A DNA stretch of 64,000 nt, from contig MCFH01000097.1 of the NCBI GenBank assembly GCA_002104945.1, positions 31,046-95,045 of the forward strand, in the 5' to 3' direction. Within the stretch, counting starts at the first letter, position 1. The number at the start of each line of letters is the position of its first letter. Origin of the DNA: Piromyces finnis finn. Lineage: Eukaryota; Fungi; Neocallimastigomycota. Positions 36,161-51,620 of the stretch are shown here, piece by piece. Both the position numbers and the translations under genes were made by a program. Below the pieces are notes generated by a model. It was not told the origin of the DNA, did no database searches, and worked only from the letters and a program-made list of their open reading frames with translations.

Positions 36161-37101
36161 TGTAGTAATTTCTTATTATTGTTTACAGAAATTACTATCT
36201 ACAATAATATTAACGAATAATATTGTAGTATTATTATGCGGAAATAAGAAGTATTGAACAAATTAGAATAGAAAATAGAAAGTAAAAATAAAACTTATCG
36301 AGTTTATTATAAAGATTTATAATAAACAACCAAACACAAAGAGTCAAATGGGTCGTAAGTTTTTTTATTTAAATTACTGATTTATTAGAAGGATATTTTA
36401 TTTAATTAAAAAGAAAAATGTATTTATGTCATTTATTATAACGTATTCCTTTATAATAATAACTCTTGAATTTCTAAGGAATTTCAAGAGTGTTTTATTT
36501 ATAATTTTATTAAAAAATAAGGTTAAATAAACGGGTTCTAATCTTAACAAATAAAATGTTTAGGAAAAGACTAGAAGAAAAACCTAAACATGATTTTCGA
36601 TCAATATTCTAGTCATATTGATCTTCGTGTAATTTTAAGTAAAACCGAATGCTTCTTTAAAGCGAAATCGGGAAAACCTTAAAATTCCGATTCCTATTTT
36701 ATCCGTGCTTAATACAATACATAAAATATAATTAATACATAATTTAAAACAATAAGTGTAATGAATATAGTTAGTCAAAATTAAATGTATAAGATAAATA
36801 ATAAGTAAATAAATTATTTATATTAATTAAATGTACATAAAAATTAATAATTAAATAAATTTATAAAGTTAATTAAATATATAAGATTATAGCAAGTAAA
36901 TAAATTTTATATTTTATATAAGTGTATTTAAAATTAATATTTTAAGTAAATCATAAGTATTAACTAGATGAATGAAATATTAAATAATTTAATAAATTAT
37001 TAGTAATAGTTGAATGTATAGAAAATAATAATTTAAATAAATTTGTATTAAATAATAAGAAATAATAATTATTCAATTATGAATAATTAATATTTCTTAC
37101 A
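36161..37101 (-). repeat. E4 3' LTR (family C)
   Basis: Follows PPT AAAAGGAGCAA; minus-strand start TGTAAGAAAT. Confidence 0.9.
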
Positions 37102-40100
37102 TTGCTCCTTTTAACTCTTGTTCTTTCAAATCTTCCCTTCTTTTTGTATATGGCTCTAGCTGTGATATATGGAATACTGGATGGAGATGTAGACTATCAG
37201 GAAGTTCCAGCCTGTAATTCATTCTCTCCCTTTTTTCTAAAATACGAAAAGGTCCTAAGTATTGTGATGAAAGTTTTTTGGAAGGTTCATTAGAAAAATA
37301 GTATCTTTTCAGCATAACTAAATCATTAACTTGAAGTGAAGGACCTGAGGATTTTTTAGAATCGCCAAATTTCTTGAAATCTTCCTTAGCTTTAATGAGA
37401 TGGAGACGAAGTGCATCAAAATGTGCAGCCCAATTCCTTGTTAGAACTGAGGCGTTGTCCTTAAGAAGTATAGGAGGAGAGTCAATAAAGAAGTTAGGGT
37501 GAAAACCGTAATTGGCATGAAAGGGTGTTTGCTTAATTGACCTGTGAATAGAATTGTTGTATGCAATCTCGCATAATGGAAGATAATAACACCATTCATT
37601 TTGAGAAGAGGAACAATAACACCTAAGATATTGTTCGATAACAGCATTTGCTCTTTCAACTTGCCCATTTGATTGTTGGTGATGGGCAGTAGCTAGACTA
37701 GGTTTAGCATGTAACGCCGAGCATAAAGAGGTCCAAAATTGGGAGGAAAATTGTGAGCCATGGTTGGATACTATTATTTTAGGGAATCCATGAAATTTAA
37801 AAACTTGGAATAACAAGAGCTTGGCAGTAAGATCGGCAGAGGGGACGTCAGCACAAGGAACCAAATGAACCATTTTTGTTAAATGGTCTGAGGCAACCAT
37901 GATACAAGTGCAATCTTGAGACGGAGGCAAAGAGACTATGAAGTCAATACCGATTACTTCCCAGGGTTTTGTAGGAGTAGGAAGTGGCAATAGTTTGCCA
38001 TAAGGTTTATGCCTCCGTATTTTACTTTTACTACAGATGTCGCACGAAAGCACATAATTAGTTATGTCCTTTTTCATATTCGGCCACCAGTAAAATCTTT
38101 TAAGTTTTTCAAAGGTTCTATCTACACCCTGATGGCCACTTGTTGGAGCATCATGGAAGGACTTAAGAAGTCTAACCTTGAGTGAGGATGGAACAATGAT
38201 GCGTTTTTGGAAATGTAGAACACCATCGACGAGGCTGAACAAAGAACTTTTAAAACCGTCAGAGTTTGATTTGACTTTAGCCAAAGTTTCCCTACAAAAT
38301 TTATCAGACTTCTGCGCTTTAATGATATTATCCAAATTATCTGTCATAGAACAGCAGAAAACATTATCTTTTAAAATGACTTCGGGTTCAGATGGCAAAT
38401 GGAGTTTATAGTCCGGGCGTCTAGACAAAGCATCTGGTTTTCCACTTTTAGCGCCTGGTCTGTAAGCAATCCTAAAGTCAAATTTTGATAGAAAAAGACT
38501 CCATCGGATTTGTCTTTGATTTAGGTGTTGGGGCTTTTTAAGGTATAACAGATTTTTGTGATCCGTTATAACTTGAACAGGAAACTTGGATCCTTCTAGG
38601 TGGTGTCTCCAGATGTCAAAAGCAGTTATTATTGCGAGAAGTTCTTTATCATATATTGTATAATTAACTTCTGCTTTATTTAAAGATCTGGAGTGAAAAG
38701 CAACTGGATGTAATTGGTTATCCATGTCACTGACCTGGGATAAGACACAGCCAACAGCGAAGTCACTTGCGTCTGTTTCCACAGTGAATACCTTCTCTGG
38801 GTCAGGAAAGATCAATATTTCACCGACTCTAAAAGCTTCTTTTAATTTGTTGAAAGCATCTTCGGCGGCTTTATCCCATATGAAGTCGTTGTCTTTCTTT
38901 AGGAGTTTCCGGAGAGGTTCCATGTTAGAGGCGAAGTCCTTGATGAACTTCCTATAAAAGTTGCAGAGTCCTAGGAAACTTTGTAGTTCCTTAACATTTT
39001 TTGGCGTGGGCCACTCTATAATAGATTTAACTTTATTTTTGTCCATAGCAAGTCCATTAGTGGAAATTGTAAAGCCTAAGAACGTAGTTTACGTGACATG
39101 AAAGTCACACTTCTCTAATTTAACATATAACCCATTTTTTAGAAGTAAATCAAGAACCAGTCGGACATGATTTATATGTTCTTCCAAGGAGCGTGAGTAG
39201 ATGATAATATCATCTAGGTATACTTGGGCGAACAGACCTATGGTGTCATTTAGTACATCTTGAACAAAGCGTTGGAATACGGATGGTGCATTTCGGAGAC
39301 CAAAAGGCATAACCAAGTATTCGAAATGACCTAATGGTGTCCGGAATGCAGTGAGGTATTCATGACCTTCCTTGACTCGTACTAAGTTGTATGCTGATCT
39401 AAGGTCAAGTCTTGTAAATATTCTTGCATTCTTGAAGGCTTCTATTAAGTCGTTGATTCTAGGAATAGGGTAACTATTACGGATTGTAATAGCATTCAGT
39501 CGACGGTAATCCACACAAAGTCGGAGAGATCCATCATGTTTCTTCACAAAAAGTACCGGGGCTCCAGCAGGAGACTTGGATTTTCTTATGAATTTCTTCT
39601 CCAAATTTTCTTGAATGTATTCTTTTAAAGTGGTTAATTCTTTAACAGTCAAAGAGTAAATGGGTCCGAAATATAGTTGCCCACCTGGAATGAGATCTAT
39701 TGATATGTCGTATTCGCGGTGAGGAGGTAATTTTTCCGCCTCCTTCTTTTCAAATACAAGATGAAATTTAGAATAAAATTTACTGATTATATTCATGTTA
39801 TTCATATTATTTCTCGAGCGGTTTTCTTCCTCTTCTTGGACCATTACTGCGCACACTTCTGTATCGAAAAGTTCATCCTCTGATATCATACCTGGAATGA
39901 TAGAATCCATCGATTTCTTCCCGTCTTGTAATGGTTTATCTATCATTGAAGCAGTTATGTTTTGATTTAGGAATTTATTCCTTGTAGAGGAAGGACAGTG
40001 AGAGCCACAAAACTTTCCAATAAAGAAGATCTTATTGAGGTGGTAATTTATATAAGGGTTATGTAATGCTAACCAATCCCTTCCAAGGATTCCATTTATT

Positions 40101-41179
40101 CCTTGAAGAGACAGATTAGCTATGCAGAATTCGAAAACTTCAGAATGGTCCATAATCTTTAGTTTGAGTGGTTTACATGTTTGTTTAATGGTCATCCCCT
40201 TTCCATTTGGGAGTTGTATATTGATGGGGGAAGCAAGGCCTGTAGTTGGTAGCTTGTGTGCATTGGCAAAGCTTTTGCAGATAAAACTTCTAGCTGATCC
40301 AGAGTCTATTAGGAGATTTACTTTTACATTTCTTCCATTAACTGATAGATAAAATGTTGTGGTAATCGATGGTTTTCCATCTGGAGTATAGTTAGCTGAA
40401 AGAATATTGTTTTTAAATCTATCTTTTCGGAGAAAGTGTTTCCCTTGGTTCTCATTTTTTGCTAATTCGTGTCTTCGCCTTCTGAAAGATTTCTTGTTCT
40501 TATTATTATCTCTATCCTTTCCTCGTAACTGGCTTTCCAGAAGGCACTTCTTGTCCAGGCTGATGATGATATTCGTAGCTTCAAAGAGAGTCTTAGGTTT
40601 CTCTAACTTATCGAACTCCTCTCTTACATTGTTTACTAAGCCCTTTCCTATAATATCAGTCAGAACTTCGTCGGGCCATCCTAGACGTCCAGCCAATCTG
40701 CGAAATTCGATAGTATATTCCACAGCACCACCAAGATGAGATTGCTTGAGTTTCCACAGCTTGTCCATAATCATATACTTTTGCTTTCTTTCAGTTCCCA
40801 CGTCAAAATTTTCTAGTAAAAGATCTTTGAATTGTTGGAAATTGAGTTTTTTTAGAATGCCATCAGCTAAAAGTGAAAGACCCCACTTTCTAGCATTACC
40901 GCTGAGCTTATTTATTATAAATGAATTTTTTGATTCATCATTTTTGAAGGATTCTGGGTGTTCTTTGAAGAAAGTTTCCCCTTGTATTATTGCTTCTAAG
41001 ATGTTAATAGGGTTTTTTGTTTCGTTTTCTTTGAGCAAAATTCCGTTTGGTGAGAAAAAAGCAGGAATAAAGTCAGTGATAGCTGTTATTAATTTTGAAG
41101 CAGTTTGATTATTTGGACTCTCATCTTTGTAAGAACTTGCTGTGGTACCGTTGATACTATCCAACTTACAATGATCCAT
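37097..41179 (-). pseudogene. E4 Gag-Pol, one frame broken by a single TAA at 39089-39091
   Basis: The two ORF-track ORFs are in the same frame: KCDFHVT*TTFLGFTISTNGLAMDK; motifs LIDSGS, YLDD, ETDAS, HHCC, DDE, GPF; the protein ends ~45 aa after GPF with no chromodomain. Confidence 0.92.
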
Positions 41180-41496
41180 ATTATTTAGTTTATATATACA
41201 ATATATATAAAAAAGAAAAAAAAAAATTAGTCTTAATTATGTATGTCAATAATATTTAATAGTAAAAAAAAAAATTATAAATGACTTTTTTCCTTTGTTA
41301 AACTGTTTAATTATCTTTTTTTTTTTTTTTTTTTTTTTTTTATAAAAATTTTTTTTTTTTTTTTGATTGGTAAAAATTTTTTTTTTTTTTTGATTGGTAA
41401 AATTTTTTTTTTTTTATATATATATATATTGTTTTGTAATATGTTTAATGTATCAATGTATTAATATTATTGTTGTCCAATTAAACAAAATACGAG

Positions 41497-41508
41497 AAGA
41501 GTTATTAT
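41497..41508 (-). promoter_or_regulatory. E4 self-priming site
   Basis: Minus strand ATAATAACTCTT abuts the 5' LTR and is complementary to AAGAGTTATTAT in the LTR (plus 36456-36467 in the 3' copy). Confidence 0.8.
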
Positions 41509-41975
41509 TGTAGTAATTTCTTATTATTGTTTACAGAAATTACTATCTACAATAATATTAACGAATAATATTGTAGTATTATTATGCGGAAATAAGAAGT
41601 ATTGAACAAATTAGAATAGAAAATAGAAAGTAAAAATAAAACTTATCGAGTTTATTATAAAGATTTATAATAAACAACCAAACACAAAGAGTCAAATGGG
41701 TCGTAAGTTTTTTAAAATATTCTAATTTTCCTGGCTAATTAGTAACAGTTTTTAAAATAATGTTTTCTATTTCAATTTATACTATTTAATTACATTTAAG
41801 TTTGTTTATAAACAAAAATTGTTTATATTTTACATTTTTAAAATTTAATTAAATATTTATATTTTACATTATCTTAATTGTTTGCTATTTTAATTTAATA
41901 TTAGATTTATAATAAAATTTTTAAGTCAGAGTTTATATTGATTGATTATTTATAAATTTTATTCTTTATTAGAAA

Positions 41976-43427
<1,452 letters not shown>

Positions 43428-43440
43428 GAGAGAACAAGTA

Positions 43441-43512
43441 GGAGGGTTGGCGCAACGGTAGCGCGTCCGCCTCCAGAGCGGAAGGTTGGGTGTTCGAATC
43501 ACTCACTCTCCA
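43441..43512 (+). tRNA. tRNA-Trp(CCA)
   Basis: Acceptor GGAGGGT/ACTCTCC; anticodon arm TCCGC-CTCCAGA-GCGGA. Confidence 0.95.
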
Positions 43513-45377
43513 TTTTTAATTAATAGTATTATTGCTAATTGGAAAAATTATAATTATTTAATAAACCAGAGCAATAAAGCTTAATTAAAACAAATCAAAT
43601 ATGTATTTCTTGATCCAATTTGAATATATCCCTATTTTTAATACTACATTATATATGTTAAAGTAATTTAAAATAAAGTGAAAGTAAAAAATAAAATATT
43701 TTTATAGTTATTTTGAATAAATTTACTTGTTCCATAAATTTAAATATTTATCAAAATTTTGTTTTTATTTAAACAATTTTTTATTTAATTACTCCACGAA
43801 TCGTATTTAATGAATTTATGAAATAATCTTTTATTAAAATGTAAAAATCATTACTTAATCATTAATACTTATTATTAAATAATCTCAAAGATATACATTA
43901 TATTTATAGAATAAATATTAATTTTAAAATGTTTTTTATTATGATTTTTAATATATGTATGAATATTTACTAGTTATATAATTAAAATTATAATTATATA
44001 ATCTTTACAAAAAATTAAAAACTGAGTTTATTTCTTTTATTATATGCATTATCAAGATTTAATGAAAATGAAATAAAGGATTCCATATAATATATAAATA
44101 ATAATTAAACATTATATTTAAAAACATATTATAAGCTATATAATGACTAATCACTTAATTGATAATGATAAAATACGAAAAAATAGTGAGTGTTTATTAA
44201 AAACATTTTTACCAAAATAAATAAATAAATAAATAAATTAATGAATGAATGAATGACTAATAAGAAAAAACTATAAATTTTTAATGATTAAACTAACTTT
44301 GATTATATAATTTGCTATAAAATAGTAATTAAATTTACCAATATAAAATCATAACTGATTTAATTAAGAGTAAGTTTTTATAAAACCAAAATTAAAAGTA
44401 ATTTACTTCAAATCAAAAATTTCCATTACTTTACTTTTTATTACTACTTGCTGTATGTAACAACGAATGTTCCTTTAATTAATTATAAATAATAATTTAA
44501 ATTAAAAATGTGTTTATTTTTAAAATTAAAATTTATATATTTTCATAAAGTAGTGTCTTTTTTTTTTTTTTTTTTAGGCATTTTTAAAATTTAAATTTAA
44601 AAAATTTATATGAAAGCATGTAAATATTTTGTTATTTTTAATGTTTAAATCAGTTATTCATAATACTTTATGAAGAAATAATGAAAAAATCAATTTGAAA
44701 AATTAACAAAAAGTAGTATTTTTAAAATAGATCTTTCATAGTGTGTTGTGCTTAATAAAATGAATATAATATATTCTATGTTATTAACTTAGCAATGTAA
44801 AGTATACTACATAATAAATTTCAAGTTTATTCATATATAAATATTTTCAATTTTATTTATTATTGTTTAAATAGCATTAATATAAAATTTTTAATTATTA
44901 CTATTTCTTTTAAGTTTAAATTTATTAATAGAATGCTAGATACAAGAAACAAAAATATTTTTTTTCTTAACTTTTTTTTAATTATTACAAAACAAAATAA
45001 TAAAATTTATAAAAGGGTTTTCTGTTTTTCTACCACTATTATAATTATATCTAATTCAAGTCAAAATATGTGTAATTTTTAGTTATTTAATATTTATACA
45101 TAAAAGCAATTTTTTAATATCACATATTAAAGTATCAAAGTATAAAAATATAAAGATATAAAAATATAAAAATATAAAGATATAAAAATATAAAGATATA
45201 AAAATATAAAGATATAAAAATATAAAAATATAAAAATACAAATATATAAATATATAAAAATATAAAAATATAAAAAAAATTAATGATTTAATATATAATT
45301 CATTTTTCTTAAATATTGTTTTAGTTTTTTATTTATTCTTTATTAGAACAGAAAACACAATTCCACATAATAAATTA

Positions 45378-45452
45378 TACTATACTATACTATACTATAC
45401 TATACTATACTATACTATACTATACTATACTATACTATACTATACTATACTA
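45378..45452. repeat. (CTATA)n pentanucleotide repeat
   Basis: Direct reading. Confidence 0.9.
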
Positions 45453-45624
45453 TTATTCATTATTATGATTTTTCAATTTTATTATTTTATTACTATACTA
45501 GAAAAAAAAATTATAAAATTATTTATTTAAATAAACGAATTATATATTTATAAAATAAGAAATGTATATATGATAATTAAATAAAACTACTATCTTAAAT
45601 GAACATTCTATAAAATAAAATCCT

Positions 45625-45698
45625 CACTCACGGCGGGACTCGAACCCGCAATCTTCAGATTAGAAGTCTGACGCCCTATCCAATTAGGCTACGCGAGC
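45625..45698 (-). tRNA. tRNA-Arg(TCT), second gene of a tandem pair
   Basis: Anticodon arm TCAGA-CTTCTAA-TCTGA; identical to 52150-52223. Confidence 0.95.
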
Positions 45699-45707
45699 TT
45701 CAAAGAC

Positions 45708-45779
45708 TTCCGCATCGGTGAATCGAACCCCGGCCGCCACGGTGAAAGCGTGGAATCCTAGCCACTGGACCAATGCGGA
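45708..45779 (-). tRNA. tRNA-Glu(TTC), first gene of a tandem pair
   Basis: Acceptor TCCGCAT/ATGCGGA; anticodon arm CCACG-CTTTCAC-CGTGG; one G-A mismatch in the T stem. Confidence 0.92.
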
Positions 45780-46530
45780 TACTCTTTATCTATAACGGAT
45801 TAATATTACTAAATGCTATAATATATAATCACATATATTTATGTTAATTTATCATATGATATGATATTTCATGTGATATAATTTATTTACTAATATTATA
45901 TTATAAAATACTATAAAATATTGATAATTACTTTATATTTAAATAATATTTTATATATTTAAATAATATTTTATATATTTTATATAATATTTTATATATT
46001 TTATATAATATTTTATATATTTTATATATTTTATATAATATTTTATATATTTTATATATTTTATATTTATATAATATTTTATATTTAAATAATTAACATG
46101 TATTATTATAGTAAGTAAATAATATTATTAATTAATATTTAATAATATTAATTAATAATAGTTAATACATATTAATAATATTATAAAAGAAAACATGTAA
46201 ACAAACGCTAATACTTTAGCGTTAGTATTAAAGTAAAATATTATAATAAATAATTAATAATATAGAATAATTATATTTAAAGTAGGTAAAGATAGTTTAT
46301 ATTAGTAAGAGAAATAAGATGATAAACATTTATTATTATATATAACTAAATGACTTTATTCATTGTTTAATTACTAATTTATTTATAAATTTTAATATAA
46401 AAATATTATTTATACTATTAGCTCGTATGAGAGGTTGTTACTTATTTATTAGTATAATATTTTTTTATATAAAATAATATATAAATCTATTCCTCTTATA
46501 GAAAATATAATAAACCTTTTACAATAATTT

Positions 46531-47200
46531 TGATATAAGGATGATATTATCTTAATTATATAAATATAAATGAATATAGAAAGTGATAATATTTGTATCT
46601 AAAATTTAATAAATAAATTATTAAAAATAAATAAAGAAAAATAAATTAAAAAATTAACGATTTTTATACTTGTTCATTTCAAGTGTTAGTTAATTTTTAA
46701 AATATAAAATATACTATATTTAATTATAAAAATTATAGTATTATTTAATAACTCTTGTATTATTAGATAATTAAAAATTACTACATTTGGTATGTATTAT
46801 AGAAATAATTATAAAAATTATAGAAATTATAAAAATTATAGAAATTATAAAAATTATAAAAATTATAGAAATTATAAAAATTATAGAAATTATAAAAATT
46901 ATAGAAATTATAAAAATTATAGAAATTATAAAAATTATAGAAATTATAAAAATTATAGAAATTATAAAAATTATAGAAATTATAGAAATTATAAAAATTA
47001 TAGAAATTATAAAAATTATAGAAATTATAAAAATTATAGAAATTATAAAAATTATAAAAAAATTTTTTTTTTTTTTCTTATGACTTTATAATTATTATGT
47101 ACAAATATAATACGAGGTTTTAAAAAAAGGTATATGTAATTAATACATATTTAATTTATAGAATAGACAATTAATATAAATAATTGATCATGTATTAAAT
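46531..47200 (-). mobile_element. LTR family D, degenerate
   Basis: TGATATAAGG...ATATAGAAAGTGATAAT as at 41976; right end uncertain. Confidence 0.55.
46801..47058. repeat. 9/18-bp tandem repeat (AATTATAGA/AATTATAAA)n
   Basis: Explains the repetitive ORFs 46787 and 46792. Confidence 0.92.
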
Positions 47201-48649
47201 TTAAAATGTAATCTTTAAAAATAGAGAGGGTGTAAATACTCGAAAAAAATTCCTATCATTAGGAATCTCGAGAATTCATTAATTTAAATATTTTTACTCT
47301 AATAATTACAATAACAATAAACTTTATAATACATTATAATTTATTTGCATATATTATAATAGTAATATAATGTATAACAAGCGTATATGTAAAATAAATC
47401 ATTCAAAATATACATATATATCACTTTTTAAGTATATTTAAAATTTAAAATATATTTGAATACGTGTCATTTTCTTTCAGAATTCAATTATATAATTCTT
47501 CTATTTAAACAAGCTTTAAACAATACTTTTCATTGTTTAAAAAAGAAAGTTTAATTAGTTAGTCTGATAATTAATTGTAATCTTTATCAATTACTATATT
47601 AAATTAAATAAAACATTCGGATTAAATTACGTTCTAACTACTACAACTCGACAGTCAATTAATATAGAGTTAAAATAATGATAAACTAATAGCAAGTTTA
47701 ATTTTACTAATATATTTAATTAATAATAAATTTAATTAATATTAAATTAATATGTACTAATATATATTATAATTAATAATTAAATAATTTAAATACCACT
47801 CTTAAAGTTATAATCAAGCTCCATATTGGATAAAATAAGTAATGGCTCATTTTAGGAGTAGTTTAGTGAATATTAGTAAGTAAATAAATAATTAATTAAT
47901 TTATTTTTATAAATGAGATAACTATATTTGAAGTTTTAGAGTAAATGCTTATTTTGACATAGTTTGGATTTAAAACTCAGCAAGTTAAATTAAATAATTA
48001 GTTTAATACTTTTTTCTTATTGAAGATGGCTTGAGGCTAATGACATCTATATAAAAATATTATTAGCATTAGCATTTTTATTTTCCGGAAATGATCTAAA
48101 TACCAACTTAAGTTAAATTGTATCAAGAAATTTTATTGTAAACTTAAAATAGATTTAGGTTAAGAAAATAAATGACTAACTCTAAAGGTTTATAATTTTT
48201 GAAAAAATATTATTTTTATATATGAATAATATAATATAAATTATTACAATTTTAATTTAGCTATTATAATTATTATAAATGTTATAAATGCTTAATATCT
48301 CAAATTGTTAAAATATAAAATTTTTTGTAAATTTCTAAATTTTTAAATTTTTAATAATATAAAATTTTTGAAAATTTAATAAAAAGGATTAGAATAATTT
48401 TATTTATTATATACTTAAAAAAGCTTAACCTTTATATTAAAAATTTTTAAATTAAAAAAAAAAATATATATTTTTAAATTTATATATGTATTATTATGAA
48501 ACATACTGTTGATATAAATGAAATAAAATAAATTAAATATAATACCAATAGCATTAAATAAAAATAGCAATATGAAATAACATAATATAAAGAAAGTTTA
48601 AAAAAAAAATAAAAATAAAGAAAATAAATAATATTATATATATATATAT

Positions 48650-49050
48650 TTTTATTTTTTTTTCATTGTTTTTATTATTTACTCTATTTTCATAACAAGT
48701 ATTATTTTTATTTTTTTTTCATTGTTTTTATTATTTACTCTATTTTCATAACAAGTATTATTTTTATTTTTTTTTCATTGTTTTTATTATTTACTCTATT
48801 TTCATAACAAGTATTATTTTTATTTTTTTTTCATTGTTTTTATTATTTACTCTATTTTCATAACAAGTATTATTTTTATTTTTTTTTCATTGTTTTTATT
48901 ATTTACTCTATTTTCATAACAAATATTATTTTTATTTTTTTTTCATTGTTTTTATTATTTACTCTATTTTCATAACAAGTATTATTTTTATTTTTTTTTT
49001 CATTGTTTTTATTATTTACTCTATTTTCATAACAAGTATTATTTTTATTC
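48650..49050. repeat. 56-bp tandem repeat, ~7 copies
   Basis: CATTG recurs at 48664, 48720, 48776, 48832, 48888, 48944 and 49001. Confidence 0.93.
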
Positions 49051-49407
49051 TTTTTATTAAAATAAATTATTAATATATTATTTATAGCGTTTAACTAGCT
49101 TGTCATATTATTTTAAGTTACTTTATATAAAAATAACGTATCAATATTAAAGGCTTATTGTATTATAGATAAAAAGAAATAAGCTCTACAATATTAAAAT
49201 GTAAAGACATTAATTTGATTCAAAATTAATTTCAAATAGCACTTATCTAATTTAACTTTTAAAATTAATACTAATAATTTAAAAATTCAAATAATTTATT
49301 TAAAATAATTAAAAATTTATAAATGTCAATTTTTATGGGTAAAAATTTTTGAAAAGGTTAAAACATCAGAGTATAAAAATATTATATTGCTTCAATTAAT
49401 AAAAAAC

Positions 49408-49480
49408 TGCGAAGTGTGAGGTTCGAACTCACGACCTTAAGATTATGAGACTTACGCGCTGCCGACTGCGCCAACTTCGC
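49408..49480 (-). tRNA. Elongator tRNA-Met(CAT)
   Basis: Acceptor GCGAAGT/ACTTCGC, G1:C72, standard TTCGA T-loop, anticodon loop CTCATAA. Confidence 0.95.
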
Positions 49481-49548
49481 TTTACACTTTTTTTTCGTGA
49501 AAATTTTATTAACTAAATTATAAAAACTATATAAATTTTTTATATGTG

Positions 49549-50188
49549 TGTCAAAATCTCAATTCATGAAATTCGACATTTCATGAAATTTCATAATTTT
49601 GAAATTATTAATTAAATTAATTAAAATATTAATTTAATAATATTTTACTAATAATAGTTGATTTAATATAAATATTAATTGGGAAGCTATTTATTATCCG
49701 GAGATAAATAGTGTAACAATTAATTAATATTAAACAAACCAATTAGTAAAATATGATTCATTTAAACAATTATTAATATTATTTTTAACAACTTATTAAT
49801 ATCAATATTTAAAGAAAATTATATTTTTATATTATTATATTATTATATTTTATTAATATTTATATTTATATTATTATACATGTATAACTTAAAAATATTA
49901 TTATTATTATACTTTATTAATATCAATATTATATTAAAAATGAAAGTATAAATAAGTTGAACAAAGAACGATTTTAAGAAGTTCTTTGTGAGATTATTAA
50001 TACTCTTTTTTTATATAGTAAATTCAATATTTAAAAATTAATAATTAATATTTATATATTAATAAAAAGCTGAATAAAATAATTCTTTAAAAACTATATT
50101 TATTATTCCTTATCTTAACACTTACTTTACTATATAATTAAGCCTATCCTAACCTAGTAGACTTAATTATAAACTTAAATCCACTTAG
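49549..50188 (-). mobile_element. Solo LTR family G, TSD ATGTG, 68 nt upstream of tRNA-Met
   Basis: TGTCAA...CCACTTAGATTCTTGACA; ATGTG at 49544-49548 and 50189-50193. Confidence 0.75.
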
Positions 50189-50191
50189 ATT

Positions 50192-50669
50192 CTTGACAAT
50201 GTGTGAAGATATTAACTGGATTTAAAATAAATTCAGATAATATCTATAATTAATTAAACATAATAATTATAATTAAATAATTTCAATAATTACTTTAAGA
50301 CACCTTTAAAAGTCACCTTTTAAATTTTGATTCAGTGTAAGTATTCTATTATTAATATATTACATGTAATACCTTATCTCTATCTTAACAGAGGAAAAAT
50401 AGAATGAATTGAATTCGATTTTAATTCTTTGTAAAGATTATAGTTATAATATTAATTATATAGTTACTAAATATATTATCATTTTATATTATTATTATTA
50501 AATAAATAAAATTTTATAATAAAGTTATTTTAAAACCAAATATTGACTTTTCTTATTTGGAAGTTTTAAGGGTTATATTATAATTAAATTTAATTTCTTA
50601 CAAAACATTTTTACTATGTAATTAATAACATTCTGACTTGGCCGCATAACCAAACTCTAAGATTTAACA
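50192..50669. mobile_element. Solo LTR family E
   Basis: TGTGAAGAT...TTTAACA; homologous to 52290-53288. Confidence 0.8.
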
Positions 50670-50672
50670 ATG

Positions 50673-51030
50673 TGTCACGGATACTAGTGAAATCTGCAAT
50701 TTCAAGTGATCTTGAAATTGCAAAATTACTTTTAAAATATAGAAAAATTAATTATTATCAAATTTTAAAATTATATAACAATGTTAAGAAATATTAAACT
50801 TGTTAAAGATTAAAGCAGCATTAGCATGACCTTTACCTTTTATAAAAAATTAATGCAAACACTTTTAACCTTTAAGATTATAAATAGCAAAAGAGAAACA
50901 ATCATAGCTCAACAACAAATGTGAATTTTTGGATGAAAATATTTTTGCATAAAATTATGATTATTAGATAGGGTCACACTCGTGAACAACAACATATGTT
51001 AAAATGGATTTGATATTTCTGCTGATTCAT
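50673..51030. mobile_element. LTR family H, partial
   Basis: TGTCACGGATACTAG start; homolog at 61249; right end uncertain. Confidence 0.55.
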
Positions 51031-51047
51031 GAAATATCAATGCTTAA

Positions 51048-51081
<34 letters not shown>

Positions 51082-51316
51082 AAGCCTTAACTTAAATCTA
51101 TATTATCACAAAATTTCTGCTAATTTTCCCAATTTCCACTATTACTTAGCAAGGTATAGTTATATTAAGGATTTAATTAGTATTATATCAATATACTATA
51201 TTAAATATTAAATTGATTAATAATAGTATATATAATATAATAAAAGATAATATATATATTTAAATCATTATTCAAGTCATCTAACTTACGAAAAATAATT
51301 TCATTTAAAAATTTTC

Positions 51317-51317
<1 letters not shown>

Positions 51318-51362
<45 letters not shown>

Positions 51363-51372
51363 GTTATTGTTA

Positions 51373-51443
<71 letters not shown>

Positions 51444-51446
51444 TTA

Positions 51447-51508
<62 letters not shown>

Positions 51509-51527
51509 GTTATTATTATTATTATTA

Positions 51528-51591
<64 letters not shown>

Positions 51592-51620
51592 CATCATTAT
51601 TATTATTAATAATAATATTA
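51318..51620. repeat. (ATT)n microsatellite
   Basis: Source of the poly-L/I/Y ORFs. Confidence 0.95.

Larger units (their letters stand above)
36161..41713 (-). mobile_element. E4: self-priming Tf1-like Ty3/gypsy element lacking a chromodomain, 5' LTR truncated, 17 nt upstream of tRNA-Val
   Basis: 3' LTR 36161-37101; only ~205 bp of the 5' LTR remains (41509-41713); single gag-pol frame. Confidence 0.93.

Noticed and set aside
39089-39091. Programmed readthrough of the E4 in-frame TAA
   Set aside because: The stop lies inside the RT domain where E3 has Glu (FDVPETTFLG), not at a gag-pol boundary; a nonsense mutation or sequencing error is simpler.
45791-45860. TATAACGG (11 nt) and TGTTAA (62 nt) upstream of tRNA-Glu as LTR starts
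   Set aside because: No homologous LTR body or TSD could be traced, so they are not counted in the targeting data.
49498-49548. TG exactly 17 nt upstream of tRNA-Met as a fourth -17 insertion
   Set aside because: No similarity to LTR-C and no matching CA end or TSD found.
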